This document shows, piece after piece, positions 60,994-64,000 of a stretch of DNA of 64,000 nucleotides; the first letter of the stretch is position 1, and every line of letters begins with the position of its first letter. A program made the translations under genes and the position numbers. Origin of the DNA: Geopsychrobacteraceae bacterium (GTDB taxonomy: Bacteria > Desulfobacterota > Desulfuromonadia > Desulfuromonadales > Geopsychrobacteraceae); the NCBI GenBank assembly GCA_963662315.1, contig OY759353.1:544001-608000 (forward strand), written 5' to 3'. The notes under the pieces were generated by a model. It was given only the letters and a program-made list of their open reading frames with translations. It was not told where the DNA came from and ran no database searches.

Positions 60994-62330
60994 TGTGAGG
61001 CCCCCTATGTCTTAACATAGATGTCGCCTCAACTGATGAGGTGACATATGAGATACACACGAGCAGTCAAGGTCGGCATTCTGAAGAAAGTTCTGCCACC
61101 TGAGAACCGAAGGATACCGGAAGTCAGTCGAGAAACCGGTGTCAACGATCAAACGATCAGAAATTGGATTAAGCAGTATAAATCTGGTAATTTTGACGAT
61201 GTGAACTCAGAAAGTTGCCCTCGTTTTATGACAGCCAAAGAGAAGTATCAAATTCTACTTGAGGCTTCTGGTTTGGTTGAAGACGAGCGTGGTCGTTTTC
61301 TGCGTGAGCGAGGAATCCACTCGGAACATCTCGTCATCTGGGACCAGGAGCTGCGTGAAATTATGGCCAATAAACCCGATCCAAAGGATCAAGAGCTCCG
61401 TGAGCTCAAGAAGAAAAATAAGGAACTGGAGAAAGAGCTGCAACGTAAGGAAAAAGCCCTCGCCGAAGCGGCCGCTCTGCTTATTCTCAAAAAAAAACTG
61501 GACACCCTTACGAGGGATCACGAGGGCGACTGATTCTTGAAGATCATAAGCGAGAAGTCATTGTCCTGATCGATGAAGCGTGTCGCAACGGAGCTCGCTA
61601 CAGTAAGGCCTGTTGGGTTGTCGGTATTTCGATTCGTACGCTGCAGCGCTGGAAATACCGTGGCACCAAAGACAAGAGAAAAGGTTCCGTTAAGAGAGTC
61701 GCCAGAAAACTTCCGCTGGCTCACCGAAATGACATTGTAGAGCACTGCAACTCAGCACGTTTCCAGGATCTGAACCCGCATGAAATTGTTCCATTGCTTC
61801 TCAATGAAGGGACTTACCTGGCATCGGTCAGCACGTTCTACCGGGTTTTGAAGGCCGAGGACCTGATCCATCATCGGAGTAACACCAAGCCCAAAAGCGG
61901 ATGCCGCAAGCCTCCAGAACAGGTGGCAACGGGTCCGAATCAGGTGTATTGCTGGGATATCACATGGCTGCCGAGAACAGTCAAAGGACTTTTCTTTTAT
62001 GCCTATGTGATCATAGATATTTTCGACAGAATGATCGTTAGCTGGGCTGTCCATGAAGAAGAAAGCGAGCATCACAGCAGGGATCTTTTTGAGCGAACAT
62101 TACAAGGCAAGAAAGCCGTCTTGCGGGCTCTCCATTCCGACAATGGTCATCCAATGAAGGGCATTAGCCTGATGGCGCTTTTGACAGAACTGAATGTCGA
62201 GATATCGCGTAGTCGACCACGCGTGAGCAATGATAACCCGTTTATTGAATCACTCTTTAAGACACTGAAATATCGGGTGAGCTATCCACTGCGTTTTCGT
62301 GATCTAGATCACGCAAGAGAATGGTTGTCA
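60994..62330 (+). mobile_element. IS3-family element, left part, interrupted by IS256
   Basis: Probable IRL begins TGTGAGGCCCCC; orfA/orfB joined by an A9 slippery site; rve motifs WDITW, HSDNG, SNDNPFIESLF. Confidence 0.88.
61048..61533 (+). CDS. IS3 OrfA (HTH)
   Basis: HTH VSRETGVNDQTIRNW, coiled coil, KEKALAEAAALLILKKK. Confidence 0.88.
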   Translation: MRYTRAVKVGILKKVLPPENRRIPEVSRETGVNDQTIRNWIKQYKSGNFDDVNSESCPRFMTAKEKYQILLEASGLVEDERGRFLRERGIHSEHLVIWDQELREIMANKPDPKDQELRELKKKNKELEKELQRKEKALAEAAALLILKKKLDTLTRDHEGD

Positions 62331-62336
62331 GGGTAG
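61497..62336 (+). pseudogene. IS3 OrfB (-1 frame), truncated by IS256 insertion
   Basis: The -1 frame is open from the A9 run (61489-61497) to a TAG supplied by the IS256 end; the C-terminal region with the usual YN..H.HS motif is missing. Confidence 0.8.
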
Positions 62337-62815
62337 TGTAAAGAATCTTTCGCTTTTTTCGGCAGCGCCCGATTTTAGTTAGCCTGCATCCGCCTCCATC
62401 ATTTGCTCAAAATCCTGTTCCCTGAGTAAGTCCATGTTCAGATATTTCTTCTGCCCCCATTTTGTTCCAGCAATATGTCGTAATCTTGCGGCACACAGCA
62501 TTAATGCCGAATGACCATCGGGGAATGCGCCGACAACCTTAGTTCGGCGCCTGATTTCCTTCATAATACGCTCAAGAGCATTGTTGGTGCGAATCCGACT
62601 ATGATGACTCCTTGGAAATTTATAGTAAGTCAGAGTTTCATCTATCGACTCCCGAACTTTCTGAGCGGCCTCTTTCAAACGTAAGGCTTCAAGCTTTTCA
62701 ATGATCTGCTCAGCTTTTTCCTTGGCTGCAGCTTTGTCTTCAGATGCATGGATCGCTTTCAGCATGGCCGCGACGTCTTTAACCCGTCTTCTTGGAACAG
62801 TATTGAACACATTCC
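62331..62815 (-). mobile_element. IS256-family element, 3' part, interrupted by IS66
   Basis: RNVFNTVP...RIRTNNALERIMKEIRRRTKVVGAFPDGHSALML; terminal repeat-like GGTAGTGTAAAGAATCTTTCGC at ~62332. Confidence 0.88.
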
Positions 62816-62875
62816 GTAAGCGTTCCGCCATGCCTCACTTGTTGAAAATATCGTAACTGTCGTAGGCTTCGCCCT

Positions 62876-63247
62876 ATGACACCTACAAAAGACCTGACAA
62901 TCCTCAAAACAGACACCCTCGGTCGTCGTGAGCCTACCAGCCCGGAACAACGTGATGCGTGGTTGGATGCATTTGAACGAACCAGCATGAGTGGAGCCGC
63001 TTTTGCACGGCTCCATGGTATTCGTTATACAACCTTCGCCCATTGGCGGAAGGTACGCAGACAGCAACGACAAGCGGTTGACACAAAGCCCACTGACTTT
63101 TTCGAAGAGGTTGAAATTCGTCGCCCCCATCCTGAAGCCAGCGGGTTAAACATCTCTCTGCCAGGCGGTGCCAGCGTCACGGTGACCCGACCGGAGCAGT
63201 TCCCACTGGTCGCAGCCCTGCTGAAATACCTGGATTGTGCATGTTAA
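62876..63247 (+). CDS. IS66 TnpA (HTH)
   Basis: FERTSMSGAAFARLHGIRYTTFAHW. Confidence 0.82.
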   Translation: MTPTKDLTILKTDTLGRREPTSPEQRDAWLDAFERTSMSGAAFARLHGIRYTTFAHWRKVRRQQRQAVDTKPTDFFEEVEIRRPHPEASGLNISLPGGASVTVTRPEQFPLVAALLKYLDCAC

Positions 63248-63594
63248 GCTTTGCCGGTGCTCTCAAAGTCTTTGTGGCCCTGGAACCGCAAGACATGCGT
63301 AAAAGTTTCAACGGCCTGGCCGCTGTTGTTCAAGAACATCTCGGCAGCGATCCTTACCAGGGGGCTCTTTATCTCTTTACCAATAAACGGCATGATCGTC
63401 TCAAGCTCCTGTTCTGGGACGGTACCGGATTATGGGTTGCGGCCAAACGTCTTGAACAAGGACGGTTCAGTTGGCCAAGGCCATCAAAATCCGGTCAAAA
63501 ACGTCTATCACTTACCCCGGAAGCATTGGCCCTGCTGACCGATGGCATCGACCTCAAGGGAGCCAGAATGCGTCCCTGGTACGAGCGTGAGTAG
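63241..63594 (+). CDS. IS66 accessory protein TnpB
   Basis: DMRKSFNGL, LFTNKRHDRLKLLFWDGTG, KRLEQGRFSWP. Confidence 0.92.
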   Translation: MLSFAGALKVFVALEPQDMRKSFNGLAAVVQEHLGSDPYQGALYLFTNKRHDRLKLLFWDGTGLWVAAKRLEQGRFSWPRPSKSGQKRLSLTPEALALLTDGIDLKGARMRPWYERE

Positions 63595-63663
63595 TCTCTA
63601 TAAAGATGCTAAAAACTCGTCTTTTTTCTTCCGTAAACACCTGAAATCCTGTATCTTTAGGGC

Positions 63664-64000
63664 ATGAAGAAATCTGACACTATCGCCCGCCAAAAACAAG
63701 AAATTGAGTCGCTACGCGAAGAAAATCATCTGCTGCGCCTGAAGGTTGACGCCTTGATCCGCCGGGTCTTTGGTGGCGGTCAAAGTGAAAAACTTTCCAG
63801 CGACCAACTGGAGATGTTCGACGACGACACGCCGGGGCAGTCCCAGGCTTGCGCTGAACCACCGACAGAAGCGCAAGCCGTGAAAAAGGCCCGAAAGAGC
63901 CAACCCCGTCGGCCCCGTTATCTCGAAGACCTTCCTGTTGTCGAGGAGATTCTTGATCCTGAAGCCGTCAAGGCGAATCCATCTCACTACCGTCACATTG
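63664..64000 (+). CDS. IS66 transposase TnpC, N-terminus (partial)
   Basis: Manual translation MKKSDTIARQKQEIESLREENHLLRLKVDALIRRVFGGGQSEKLSSDQLEMF..., an N-terminal coiled coil plus FG..SE motif. Confidence 0.85.
   Translation, partial: MKKSDTIARQKQEIESLREENHLLRLKVDALIRRVFGGGQSEKLSSDQLEMFDDDTPGQSQACAEPPTEAQAVKKARKSQPRRPRYLEDLPVVEEILDPEAVKANPSHYRHI

Larger units (their letters stand above)
62816..64000 (+). mobile_element. IS66-family element, continues past the window
   Basis: IRL GTAAGCGT at 62816 followed by tnpA-tnpB-tnpC. Confidence 0.9.

Noticed and set aside
62816..62831. N-terminus MAERL of the track ORF 62379-62831
   Set aside because: Chimeric: it derives from the IS66 left end, not from the IS256 transposase.
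63235..63594. RNA-guided TnpB nuclease
   Set aside because: This is the small IS66 accessory TnpB, unrelated to IS200/IS605 TnpB; no RuvC or zinc finger.

Overview
Chromosomal window from a Desulfuromonadales-like deltaproteobacterium, inferred from gene content and order. (1) 1-33 kb is mostly housekeeping: an acyl-CoA ligase, tRNA-Val, thrS-infC-rpmI-rplT-pheS-pheT-ihfA-merR-surE-pcm-yqaA-nlpD-rpoS-apt, tRNA-Arg, lipB, an HDOD protein, tlyA, a HIT protein, a RelA/SpoT homologue with a degenerate synthetase, htpG, trmL, modF, two tandem O-acetylhomoserine sulfhydrylases, an NFACT/RqcH protein and tRNA-Leu. It also holds one PEP-CTERM gene with a sigma54 promoter and enhancer. (2) 33.4-60.9 kb is an XrtA/PEP-CTERM-associated Wzx/Wzy exopolysaccharide locus. 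Its AT-richer distal half carries a secreted heparinase II/III-like lyase, two deacetylase-like proteins, two acyltransferases and an ATP-grasp ligase. (3) 61-64 kb is a triple-nested IS stack (IS66 inside IS256 inside IS3). Two unannotated non-coding repeat families are visible: a ~150-bp MITE-like element in two inverted copies bracketing nlpD-rpoS, and degenerate nested palindromes with ~10-nt periodicity in five intergenic regions. No CRISPR array, rRNA or prophage was seen. All product calls come from motif recognition by eye, not database searches.
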